In this document: positions 35,466-47,787 of the stretch, piece after piece
Numbering within the stretch: the stretch's first letter is position 1
Layout: every line of letters starts with the position of its first letter
Assembly (NCBI GenBank): GCA_022813965.1
Contig: JALDZS010000129.1
Location: 1-64,000, forward strand
Reading direction: 5' to 3'
From: Toensbergia leucococca
Taxonomy: Eukaryota
Length of the DNA stretch: 64,000 nt
The notes under the pieces: generated by a model
The model's database searches: none
Told to the model about the DNA's origin: nothing
What the model saw: only the letters and a program-made list of their open reading frames with translations
Position numbers and translations under genes: made by a program

Positions 35466-38400
35466 TCATGAGTGTGATGCAAAGAAACTCCCAACCGTTT
35501 GCTGAGTTTCCGGACTCAGTGTCATTAGGGTCCGGTTGTAATCAATCCCAGCTGTCTGCACTAATGTTTTCGCTGCTGCTGCTACCCGTTGTGCAGTGAC
35601 CCCTTGTAACGTCTCCGCTTCCAGTGCAAGAGCAATGGCTACGAACGCCTCGCTAGCAGAAGATATGACTGCCGGGTTTTGTCTGATTGTACCTGTCAGT
35701 TTTTCATTCGCATCATGCTATTGCCAGGAATGAGACTCACTGATCGATGAGCTGCACGAGGAACATGTAAGCGTAAGGCGCGGCTTCCTCGTCGTTGATG
35801 ACTGGTAAAGTGTGGATCCAGTGCGCCACCACCTCTTGAACGTTGGGCACTTTGCTTGCATTAGCCTGTAATATCTTGGCGATACTCGCACATGCGTTCT
35901 CCGACGCAAATATGTGGTCATCATCTCTTGCATGCGGTAGCTGACACACTGCGAACAGCGTTGGCAAACAATCGGCCACGAAACCTGACCATGGTGCTCC
36001 ACCTCTCTGCGCTGCTATGCCAACACCATAGCAAGCAGCTTGTCGATTCGCTGGAATGTCGTCTCGCATGCCATCTATAAGTGGCTGTTGTATATGGCTT
36101 TGGAAGTTCCAGCTCTGGTCACCACAGAATTCGAGGACGTCATCCATGATACACAGTGCCCATTGCCGTTGGGTGGAATCTGCACTCGTAATAAAAGCAT
36201 TGTAAAAGGGAAGAAGACGAGACCAAGAGGGCAAGAACGATGCTCCCTGGTTTTTGAAGATTGTGTGAAAAGCCTTGTTCATATCCGAGAGAAGCGTCTG
36301 ATCGTCCTCAATGGCAAACAATGTCTCTTCGGACTCTTCCTCGCCATCCTCCGTTTCTTGACGTGCTTCTTGGCGTTTCTTCACCCGGTCTTGGTACTCT
36401 TCCAAGGTTGACTTTGCAGATTCAATAAATGTTGCCATGTGTGTTGACGTGAGACAGTCCTTGCCGAGAACTTCGACGGACTCATAGAAGCATTGGTACA
36501 TCTCGGCCAAGGTGTCGATCGCTGGCTCGGCACTAAGTACCTCGAGCACCTTTTCGATAGTCAATTCCCATAACTTGGCCATTTGTGGCGACCTCTCCCC
36601 ATGGGCTTTCTTGAATGAGTTGAGTAGCATTGGTACGCTTTTAGCAGATGCTACGCGCACTGGATCGTGGAAGAAGAAGGCGAGACCAGGTAGAGAGACT
36701 TTTTCTAATATTTCAAGAACATATGGTTCGAAGGCGGCCTCGAGCTGTTGGGCATAGATACCGATGAGCTCGATAGCCATATGCTTGTCTTCGAGGATGG
36801 AAGTCTTGATGCCGATGACCTTTCCCTTCAATGGTACTAGCTCCCAGCCTTCTTCTTGCTGCACATTGGCGATCGTTTCTTCATCGTCAAGAAGCTGGAT
36901 ATCAGCTTTCGCGCTGGCAAGCTCCATCAATGGCGGCATGACGCCGGCAAGGTAAGGCACAAAATCCTGTACGAGAACACGGCACATTCGACCCCAACAA
37001 TGAAGAAGGTATGACGACTGTGGATCATCATCATCGGTGATATTTGCTGTCAAGTATTTAGCATATCGCACAACCTTGGCCTGGCTCCAGGGAGCCTGTA
37101 CCTTGTATTGTTCCTAGTAATTGCACTAGATCAAGCGCATCTTGACCCATCCTCGCCTTGCCAACAGCCAAAGCTACAAACATTAGTATTATGAGATAAA
37201 TAAATTCGGCCTAGGAAGTACTCACCAATGAGCGTCGCACATTCCATCGCTTTCGCTCTCAGTAACCTATACTCTTTCGACTGCTCTTCTCTCAGTACGC
37301 TAAATAATAAGGGCATAAGGGTATCATAGTATTTCCCGAAAGCAGTTTCGGCCGAATCAGCAATAGTAGCAATGGTAGAAAGGGCTTGCTCTTGTACATA
37401 GCGCTTGGGACTTCGTAAGAGTTGTAGAAGATGGTTCAATAAATCGTCCAGGTACGGCTCAAGAATTTCTTTCTCTGCTTCTTCGCAAAAGTTTACCAAT
37501 GCAGCAGCTGCGTGAGACTGGATTCGAGGTTCGGGAGAGTCAAGCACAGGTATGATTTTCGTCAGAACAATGCGATGGTACTTTTCCTGCATCGTTCCGG
37601 CGAAGTCGGTACTCATCTGTCCCAGTGCGTTGCACCCTGCCCATCGAACTCTTGGATGAGGATCTTGGAGAGCTGGAACAACCAAATCAAGGACTTTATC
37701 CAATTCGCCCACCATTAAGTCTCTGCAGCCTTCTGAGATAGCTGATATGGCCATAAGTGCAGCATGGCGATCTCGCCATGCAGATGATAACATCATCCGT
37801 GGTAACCAGTCGAATGTTGGCGGCAAAACAGCTTGACCGCCAAGCTTGTTGGCAAGTCGATCCATACATTGCTCACCAGCAACATGGTTGAGATCACTCT
37901 CTTCAATGTCAAGCTGGTCGAACATTAGTGCATGTCTTGGAACAAAGTGATAGGATTTCTACATCTTCTGAAGCCTTCCATTCTGCAGCGTCGTCGTCAT
38001 CCATGCCAACATCCGTCATCAAGCTCAGACATTGAGTGATCATTTCTCTGGTATAAGATGAATCCTTCCTACACATTGCAGGGCTGTAGTCTGCAAAAGT
38101 TCCCATTAACTCCAAAGCATTCTGTCGGACCTGGTCACCAAGATCTTTGTCCTGGATCACAGTTATACTGAACTGCACAAGGTTATGAAAAAGCTGCTTG
38201 AACATCAATGGAGCCTCCTCAGCAAGCTCTATTAGCGCCATCAATGCCTTCGTCAGACTATCAGAATCCCCTGATTCTTTGAGAGGAGGTAGAATATTGA
38301 GTATCTCAGGAATCAAGGGGTAATATTTCTTCTGTCCCTTCTTCTGAATGGACCCGAAGAACGATGCAAAGGCCTCCATCGCAGCTATGCGGACCTGGAA

Positions 38401-39156
38401 ATCTTATCAGTAATTATCCCTACGCTAAGTCGCGTCCCACGAACCGTGGCATCGTCGTCCTTGAAACCTTTTGTGAATGCGCCTAGTACCGTATCTTCAT
38501 GTTGTTTCCCAATAATGCCAGGGGTAGTGGTAAATATGCGAAAAGCACCTTCACGTTGACCAGCGTCCGGCGACTGACTTGAGACGAACAGGACCTGCAA
38601 CAATTCCGACCAGTTCTCACCTGAGGTTAAGATATGTTAGTCTTGTCTACCTCATAGCCAGAGCCACAAATCTGATTTGTTTACCCTCATCTGAATACTG
38701 CCTTGCAATCTCAGCCACGGCGTCGCCAATTTTATGTCTAATATGTGGCAGAGTTTCGCTCTGTAGAGCCAGCAACAATTTCTCTCGAATAGCAACTTTC
38801 TGCGCCGACTGCAAAGCTAAGAATAGTTCCTTTGGTTCTTCTGTCCCTGGTAACTTTCGCGTCTTGGTTGCGACTCGTCGAAATAGCACTGGTGCAAAGG
38901 ACCGAGTCTATGACGAAAACCCAAATCAGGAACTCTCCTGGACTCAAGGGCATGTTTTTGCGGTTTCTCTCACCATAGGGTCTATAGCGACTTGTATTTG
39001 CTCCACCAATCCCATTAACAATAAATCGGGGCGTGCTGAAACCCATTCGGAATTTAGTTGCTCTTCTGCATTTGACCGAAGATTATTGTCTGAGGACGAG
39101 AGACCTTGAAGAAGCTGGGCCAGGGCCGTGTGAATTTCCGGGGGTAGAATAGACAT
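35466..39156 (-). CDS. KAP121: Importin beta-3 (karyopherin Kap121/Pse1, importin-5 family)
   Basis: HEAT repeats; [59 protein letters not shown]. Confidence 0.93.
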
Positions 39157-39701
39157 TGTGTGTAAATGGGTGCCTTGTCCTTCTTCACACAGGGTAGATT
39201 AGGCTGCTCAGCGTTTACGAAAAGGAGGGCGCAAAGGCCCCGCGATGGCAGTGGTGATACAAGTTTGCAGGAGACTCTCAGCACTATGTTGCTATAGACT
39301 ACGGCCTTTCTTTGGAGTGTTGAGGTGGTAGTAAAACGGTGAACGGGGATTGTGCGTTGTGAAGCACGAGATTCGCCCTTGCATTTTTCGGAAAATTCCA
39401 TAAATTCGATTGTTTCCATCATTTCACGCCAAGACCAAGAGGTTGCGCTAAGCGTCACGTAAAGTCACGTTCCGAGTGCCGCGTTCTGCATATTTGCACT
39501 CGTAGTTTGACATCGCAAGCTCTGAGGTAATTCCATGTTTAGGTAGGTATGCAACGCCATTTCTTAAAAATACAATCTAAGGATATAGTCGCTATCGTCG
39601 TCAAAGCCCAATCTGAGGCGAAACACTCAGTGAAGTAAACGCATCTTAATCTGACACCCCTTATCAAGATACTGATAACTCTTAATTCTTACTTTTATAC
39701 T

Positions 39702-41886
39702 TTACCTGGTCGATCGACTGATGACGAAAACCCCGATGATAACCACAGCTAATGTAACAATTGCTCCCGGCAGAAGTAGATCATTTGGCAGCCCAGAAAC
39801 AATTTGAGGCTCTTTCTTTGCCTTGACAATCGCAGGCTTGCGCTCTCTTTTCACCGGCGTCTCAAACTCCTCCTCATCATCCACTAAATTCCTCCTCCGA
39901 CTTTTGGAAGTCGAAGAGGGAGGGGGTGTGAACGGTTTCGATAAGCCTGGAAGCGGATTTACAGTCGCTGTCATCGGCGGCTTCTCAGCATCATGGACAA
40001 AGAGATCGACTTTGTCACGATGGCTTTGGTGAGAAAGTGTTATGGCATCCAGCAAATCTCGATCGGTAGTAATGGAGACTGTATCGCCTTCATTGTCAAG
40101 GTAACTTAGGGCGTAGCCGGACTTCCCAAGCTTCCCGTTCTCAAAGGTAGCTTCGCCGCCGACAGCATCAATTTCTCCGCCAAGCTTTGCCGTAACGTTG
40201 GCTATTAAATCTCCAATGCCTGCAGATGCAACGACCTGTAGACGATGAACGCGCCCACTGGGAGCTTTGAACTTGAACGGAAAGGGAGAGTCTTCCAGGG
40301 ATGATGAGGGGGTCTCCGGAGTATCCGAGTGAGAGTCATCCCCATTGTGAGAAGCAGAGTCGTTTGGTTGCACACTGTCACCGCGATCTATCAATGGGCG
40401 CGATGAAACATCCTGGGACATGAGTGATGGATGACCTGAAGGATGTGGACGATGACTTCCTTCACCCGACACCATTGACTCGGATTCATTATCCAAGGAT
40501 AGCCAGAATTTGCCCCATGCCGGCCCTTCGCTATCGCCTGTGGACATTGTGTTGATCTATCAGATCGTTAGCGAGTTTTTCTAGTCGTGATCGACGATGA
40601 AACCAACCTGCTCCAGGGTAGCATATGTTAGTTTGAGGACGTCTACCATACCAACAATCTCTCCAGGCTCGTTCATCACAGGCAGATTAAGGTAATGGCC
40701 ATCTGTGGTGTGTTAGCCAACATGAGAGGCGGTCCTGGCTCGAACGAGCTTACCATGCATTTTCCTCAGAGCAGCTTGTATGCTCATATCCATAGGGGCA
40801 AAGTCTGGATGGGGAGTCATGACTCGTACTACACTACAATTTGCTGGATCCAGACCGGGAGCGATGACACGAAGCACGATGTCCTTGCTAGTGAAGATAC
40901 CAGTAATTGAGCCTTGGTCTTGCACAAGTACGGCAGTCGTATGGTTTTCTTTCATCAAAGCTGCGGCTTCCTTGACAGATGTTCGGACGGAGACTGTAGT
41001 AGGTGGAAGACCACTGAGGACGGATTCAAGCGTGGGCCCTGACATTTTCTGCCTCAATGCCTCCACATATTGTATGATCTGCTGGGGTTGACTAGATCCT
41101 AGCTCGGATTGCACACCCTCGAGAGCATCGTACAATTTTCGTGACGAACTGTAGGCACGCTCAAGCTTTTCCATTGCATCATAGAAGCATTTTGTAATAT
41201 CCAATATACCGGAGATATCTTGATTTTCATCCATTACAGGCAGATGACGGAACCCTTTGCGGACCATGAGATCCAAGGCATCTGTAGCACTGGTATCCGT
41301 CCTAGCACACAGAGGGTTCTTGGTCATAATCTCCGATATCGTAACATCCCTAGCTTTGATCCCAGCCCCTACAACACGGAATGCGAGATCCTTTGCAGTG
41401 AAAATGCCAGCAATACGGTCGTCGTCATCGGTGACAAGGACACAGTCTTCCCGTTTTGCAGCCATAAGCTGGGCGGCCTCGGCAACGGTTGTATTTGGCT
41501 TGATCTGAAGAGCCTGGCTTGGCTTCAGAGCGAGGACAGTACCAGGGGGGGCTTTTCGAGTGTGTCGTGAACGAGGGGCATTGCCCTTTTTCTTGCTAAG
41601 ATCGATTTCAATCTTCTTTCGAATCGCCTGTACAGCATCATCAACAGATGCGCCCCCGTAGCTACAGAGCCCTAGGAAATCATACCTCATCCCGCTTCGA
41701 CTGCTTCTGCCTATTTGCACTCATGGTCGACGTTCCGGCCTCACTTTGCAATGCAGAACTGGCCTGCGTCTCCAATTTCGGGCGGGGGATATTCGACGGG
41801 CTATTCTCAAAAGTAGGCATATGACCTCTGCCCTGGCCGCGGTTGGTGGGCGTGCCTCTATAAGTTCCTCCAGCAGCTGTGGACAT
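39702..41886 (-). CDS. CBS-domain and PB1-domain protein with C-terminal TM helix (Mug70-like)
   Basis: Tandem CBS pairs (GIFTAKDLAFRV, GFRHLPV, GIFTSKDIVLRV), PB1 FKFKAPSGRVHR..YLDNEGDTVSI, hydrophobic tail. Confidence 0.92.
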
Positions 41887-42228
41887 GTTTGTGGCTTTTC
41901 GCGGTTGCTGTTGTTGTTTGGGCGGTATGAGCCGCTGATTTGCACGTCAATGGGATTCCCCGCTACGGGTCGCGTTGCTGGGGCAGGATTGGACTCGGGA
42001 GTCGAATCAAAGGCGGGTCAATCAACAAAGCTATTCTAGTATGCACGCTAATTCGCTAGTGTTCGGCACAAGGTGGAACTTTGGCAAGCGACGGTCGAAA
42101 TCGATATCTGCCCAGCGATAGTTACAAATCTACTACGAACAAATCATTTACAGGTCAGTCAAGCTTACAAACTCACAAACCCAATGACTCTGATCTAACA
42201 CCATCTAACAAACCACAGACTTGCAACC

Positions 42229-42802
42229 ATGGTCAAAAAGCGAGCTTCCAAGTACCTCATCCCCCAATCCCACCTATCTCACCTCCCAAAAACTGACACA
42301 TGCCCCCCAGCGGCCGCAATAAAAAGGGTCGCGGTCACGTCAAGCCGATTCGATGCTCCAACTGCTCAAGATGCACACCAAAAGACAAAGCAATAAAGAG
42401 ATTCACCATCCGCAACATGGTCGAATCGGCCGCCATCCGTACGTCCCCCAGCAACCTCAACCCCCAAAATCCTCACTTTCCCTACTCAGCAAGCTTACCA
42501 CCTCTCCCCTTATCGGAAAGGTGACATTTCCGACGCCTCCGTCTTCCCTGAATACGCTGTCCCAAAAATGTACCTCAAGCTCCAATACTGCGTCTCCTGC
42601 GCCATCCACGGCAAAATCGTCCGGTAACCACATCTCTCCCCTTCTTCCCTAGACCCCACCCTGCCACCACTGACCACCTTCCCAAACCAGTGTTCGTTCC
42701 CGTGAAGGCCGTCGCAACCGCGCTCCCCCACCTAGAGTGCGCTTCAACAAAGACGGCAAGAAGATCAACCCGCAGCAGGCGGCCAAGACTATTCAAGCTT
42801 AG
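42229..42802 (+). CDS. RPS26: 40S ribosomal protein S26 (eS26), 4 exons
   Basis: [59 protein letters not shown]. Confidence 0.97.
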
Positions 42803-43541
42803 GTAGGAAAAAGGTGAGCCGGCTGGCAGGTGTGGGGAAATAGAGTGCTGGGTATCAGAAATCAATGAATTGACATCTTGCTTACCTTACTGTTGAGAGA
42901 TTACAGACAACATGACCTATGTATTGTGGTGCAAGCTCGAATACTTTCTAGCCTCACATCTCTTCTCCCTCACCCTGTTTCTTTTTGCCATCTCTTCTCT
43001 CATTTCGTCAGATAAAAAGCACAGATTTTTCTACTGTGAACCAAACACTCGAGTCCCATCCAGCACAAATCACCTGTTCATCACCCGTCACCCAGTCATC
43101 TGTACACTCATGTAAACTCCGTAAGCCCCAGAGGACTTCAATCCGATTTCCTCTCATCTCGAAGAAACTTCTCTCTTAATATACCTCTACAATCAATCAA
43201 GAAAAGAATCCACCCACCCACCGACCGACCAACGACACCGCCAGCGAGCCAGCCCGCCCGCCCAAACAAGCAACAAACGATGAAATCTCCCACTAGTCCG
43301 TCCCTCCAAAAAACCCCACCCCCACCCCCACCCCCTCAAACGCCCCTCCCCCTATTCCATTCCATCCCCCTGATGCCATAAACCCACCCCCCAATCACCC
43401 AAGTCAAAAACGCCGCACAAACCGCCACCACTAACAAAAGCGCATGATGCCCAGCAAAGGTCTCCCACCACGACCAATCTGCTCCAAAAAAGAGTTCAGA
43501 CCAACGAGCCAAGAAGTATCGAGGAAAAAGCTGAAGCTGAA

Positions 43542-44894
43542 TTATGGGCGGGGAGCCTTGCCTTGATTTAGCGCCATCACACTACCACTAACACCACCAC
43601 CACCGCTAGCCCCGCCGTGGATCGTCAGTCGCTGGGCTTTGGGGGACGGCTCGCCTTTGATGTTGTTGTTGCTGTGGTGGTGGCCGTGGGTACCGGTGGT
43701 CGCATGCAGGAATTGCTCGCGCAGGACGTCGTACAGGAACTGATACTGGGCGTCGCCTTGAACCATCATCATGCGCTGTTCACGGAGGCGGTGCACGGTT
43801 TCGAAGATGAGGTCTTCGCTGTCCTTTGCTTTTGCGATAGCCCCTGATTCGAGTTGAGCGAGCAGGTTCTCTAGTGCTATGAATGTGCCTGAGCGGCCTA
43901 CACCTGCGCTGCAGTGAATGATGCGTGGATTTTTGGGTATTTTTTTGCTTTGGGCGGCAGAGTGCTTGATGAGTTGTATTAGAGCTGCTTTGTCGGCGTC
44001 GGCGGGGACTAGGAAGTCTGGCCAGCCGCAAAAGAGCATGTGCCATATTGTCTTTTTCTCTTCGCCAAATGTTAGCAGAAGCTTGCGCATTGTGGATTTT
44101 GAAGCTTCGTCATAGTTGGATTCAAGAAATTTGATGGTGCCTTTGCGATTTGGGTGCTCTTCGTCGTCGATCTCCAGTTGAGAGGTTCCGGCTTTGTCGT
44201 CCAAAGGGAAATATTGGTAGCATTTCTCTCTACCTTGCTCTGATACCTGCGTGAGCATTACAATAACGGCCTGGTCGGTGGTTTCGTCCCAGATCATTTT
44301 CCAGAAGTGACCAAGGAGCTCCTTTTTGGGACCCTAAAGGGCCTGGTTTAGTTGGCAGAAGGAAGGATTAAATACTAATGATTTGATGAATGAAGCACAT
44401 ACCTGAGTGACAATGTATTTCGCATCAGGGCCTTTTAGAGGATTCGGCAGTGAGATAGGCGAGGCATTAATATAATCATTGCATCCCTCGGGCACCTTAA
44501 GATGGACTCGCGACTTGGCCCACGGTAAAACATTCAAATAACGATTGCGTGCTTTGACTTGCGGAGACTGATCCTGTACCCAGGGCGATGAAGGATCATT
44601 GCGGCCTTGGGCCATACGAATTTGTTGCTGCCATTCGAGATCGTCAAATTTCTTGTGGATTTCTGGTGGATGAATTAGAACAATGGGTAGGGGCATTATG
44701 CATGTCATTTTCGCGTATGCAATCTAGTGCTGCTTACCGGCCTTTGATTGACGGAGAAATGCAGGCAGGCCTGCGTCGTCTTGCTTGGGTGCTTTGGGTG
44801 CTGGGCTGGCGCTTAAAGGGGACTCATGATTGCCTGGAGAGCGCGAGCGTTTGGATGCCGATCTAGTTCGTCCGTTTACCGTTGGGGCTATCAT
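43542..44894 (-). CDS. Classical protein-tyrosine phosphatase (Ptp1-like), 3 exons
   Basis: NRYLNVLP, DYINAS, IVTQ-GP, WPD loop GWPDF, HCSAGVGRSG, QRMMMVQ. Confidence 0.92.
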
Positions 44895-47787
44895 GTTTCT
44901 GGCCGAAATGCTTCCATGCAACGAATTCCCAGAAACTGGGACAAGGTAGCTGAAAGGGTGTGGAAGAATGAGCAAATTCGGAGCTACAAGGCAGGGTCTT
45001 TTGGCTATGGTTGCGTTCGAATATTTCTCGTGGCCTTGTTGAGAGCTTTCCTTTGTTGCTTTGTTGCCGAAATGTTCTCAGACTCGAGGATTACACTTTT
45101 AATTGTAATTTCTATCGGCGACAACGCAATCAAATGGAAATGAAAACGGACAAAGATGTGGGCAGCAAGTTGAGCAGCAAATGTAGCAGCACCACAGTAT
45201 TAAAGACAGCTGAGGGCAAGGGAGATATTTTGGGAGCCGAGTGGGGGCAGCAGGCTGGGGGCTCTGCGAGTCAAAATCAGTGGTGAAGCATCAGCTTGGA
45301 CTAGATCTTTCTCATGATTTATAATGCGATGAGCGGCGATTGAAAGCGAAAAGAGGAACTGCAACTGTGTGGTCATCTGTCATCTGCACGACTTCCCTGA
45401 ATAAAGTACCAGGACCTTGCTGGGCTAGAGGCGGCGAAGACGGGTGTTTTGTCTTTCGCCCCCATCATCCATCATCCAACATCATCAAGCTGCAGCACTC
45501 TGCAATCATCCCACTCACATTCTCTCTGTTATATTTGCCCTGCATCCACTCACTGCTGCAATCCGTCTTTGGCACATCCCTAATGCGGTCACGATAATGT
45601 GGCTTCGAGTTTTCGAGGTTCGTCCCTCCAAGCACCACACACTGCAAAACTCCTCGCTGACCAACGTCCATTTCATTAGGCATGGCTGACAGCTCGAGTA
45701 TGTTAGATATGTTCCTCTCCAGCCTCTTATCACTAATTATGCTGCATAGCTACTGTCCAGCCCAAGCTTCCACCGCGCCGTCCACAATGTACATAAGAGA
45801 GTGAGGCAGATGACACACGGCGTAGATCCAGAAGAGATGGGGGGTACGAACATAGAGAGTCAGTACAGCCTTCATACGCTGTCTAGATTACTCGCAGCTA
45901 ATGTGATATCATCTCACAGAAACAAGCTCGGATAGTAAAAAATTCCTTGACCACTATCTTGAGGAATTGAAAGAGCAATTTCGGGGCGGACCCTCTTCAA
46001 AGAAATGAATCATTACTGTACACACAAGCTTTTGGCTCAGCATTTTTAACGGCATCGCAAGGCAGGATTTCTGGTCATGATGAAAAGGCATAAGAGAGTT
46101 ACTCTTTGGATTGGTCAATGATTTGAATGAAAAAAAAACGCATCATCTCAGAACAAGGTCATCTACTGCTCATCACTGGTGAACAACGGATAAGAAATTG
46201 GGCTTCCTAGACGATACACCATGTCACTTGGCTCTCACATTTCCGAAGATGGACATCACGCTCAACCCACGAAGCTTTTATTTCACTCCCAAATCAGCTT
46301 CGTATTCATTTCAAGCCGTGTACAATCCGCCTGTTTTTTTGGCTCTGCATTTTTTGGCATTTGAAATCACATACAGTAAGAATTCACGATTGGTCTTTTT
46401 TAATTGAGATTGATTTGAAATTTGCATATTTGCTCTTTTTCGTGGTACCGCCGTATCAGGATCATCTACTTTATGTCCTTTGATCATACTTGTTAGGCTA
46501 CTACAATCAGGATGTGAAACTTCTATTAATCTAAAGAGTAGCTGCTGTGATTTACGAGTATCTTGTTGTCTCAATAACTCTCACGTACCTACTCGATGTT
46601 CCTGCGAGCTCACCAATTTTGCTGAAATTGAGGCTCATACCGCACATGTGCTACGTCTTATAAATCTATTTGATATGTTGAAGATGATCGAGCATGCCCT
46701 TTCTTTCCAATCTTCCGTCTTCCGTTTCTCGTCTCTCTTCATCTTTCCTCTCCACTCGCCCTAGTTCTCATTCACTTTCGCTACACATACTAGCATGCAT
46801 TCCTCACCTCCCTATCTGGACTTGCGAGTCCCATACTTGGAAATTGCTAGTGAGATCGGACTGCGTTCCTACTGAGGTCGCCATCTGAGGGGTTTCCAAC
46901 AAAAGTTCAGAGAAAGTGAGTGTTCACAAGTCTCATCATGTCTGCGACCCGCTGAAACGGCCGCACCGAGTTCCTCTGACGCTCGGCAATGAGAAGGTTC
47001 CACTGCGGGGACTGCTCTCACAATCTATCGAGTGGATGGAATCGCACTGGCATTGACATCTCCAAAATATCACAATAGGCAATACTGTATAGATACGGTT
47101 GAGAAGAATGTTGACAGTCAAGTGATCAATGCAATGAGCGTTTTTGAACAAGCTTTTTGAAGAGAGGTGATTTGATAGTTTTGGTTGATGCAATGTTTTA
47201 TTGAAGGGAGATTGTTGGATTTGAAGAAGAGGGGACTGATTCTGGTGATAGAGATGTGACTTGGATGCAGTGTTGATGCTTTGATGCTAACTGACGGGAA
47301 TCAGGCTTGTTGAAGAAAATGTGGAGTGAAGTCTAGGTTGATGATATTTAAAAAACATGCACCAATCAACATGTTGTTTCTATCAAGGGATGTTGGGAGT
47401 CTTAACCAGGTTTTTAGTTATCATGAGGAAATCTTAGCTTTCTCTCATTGTGTTTTTATAGAAGGGCTTTTTGTTTGTTATTATGATATTGTCAGTCGGA
47501 GCATCTTGAAAAACCCAAAAGGACTCGGTCAGAAAATAAAATATATATATCAGTATGTTAATTAATTTTATACATGTCACGTTCACAAATTTAGTCTTAG
47601 GGTACTTGTACTACCTAAAATAAAAGGTCTAATAGAAAATAAAGCAGGGCAAGCAACAGTATCTCGATACGGTAGCTATAGCAGTATGACGGAAAACAAC
47701 ATCCAACCCCCCCCCCTAAATTCCCAATCCCCCACCCCATAAACACCCACAACCCAAAAAAACACCAAAAACACCAACCCCACTCGG

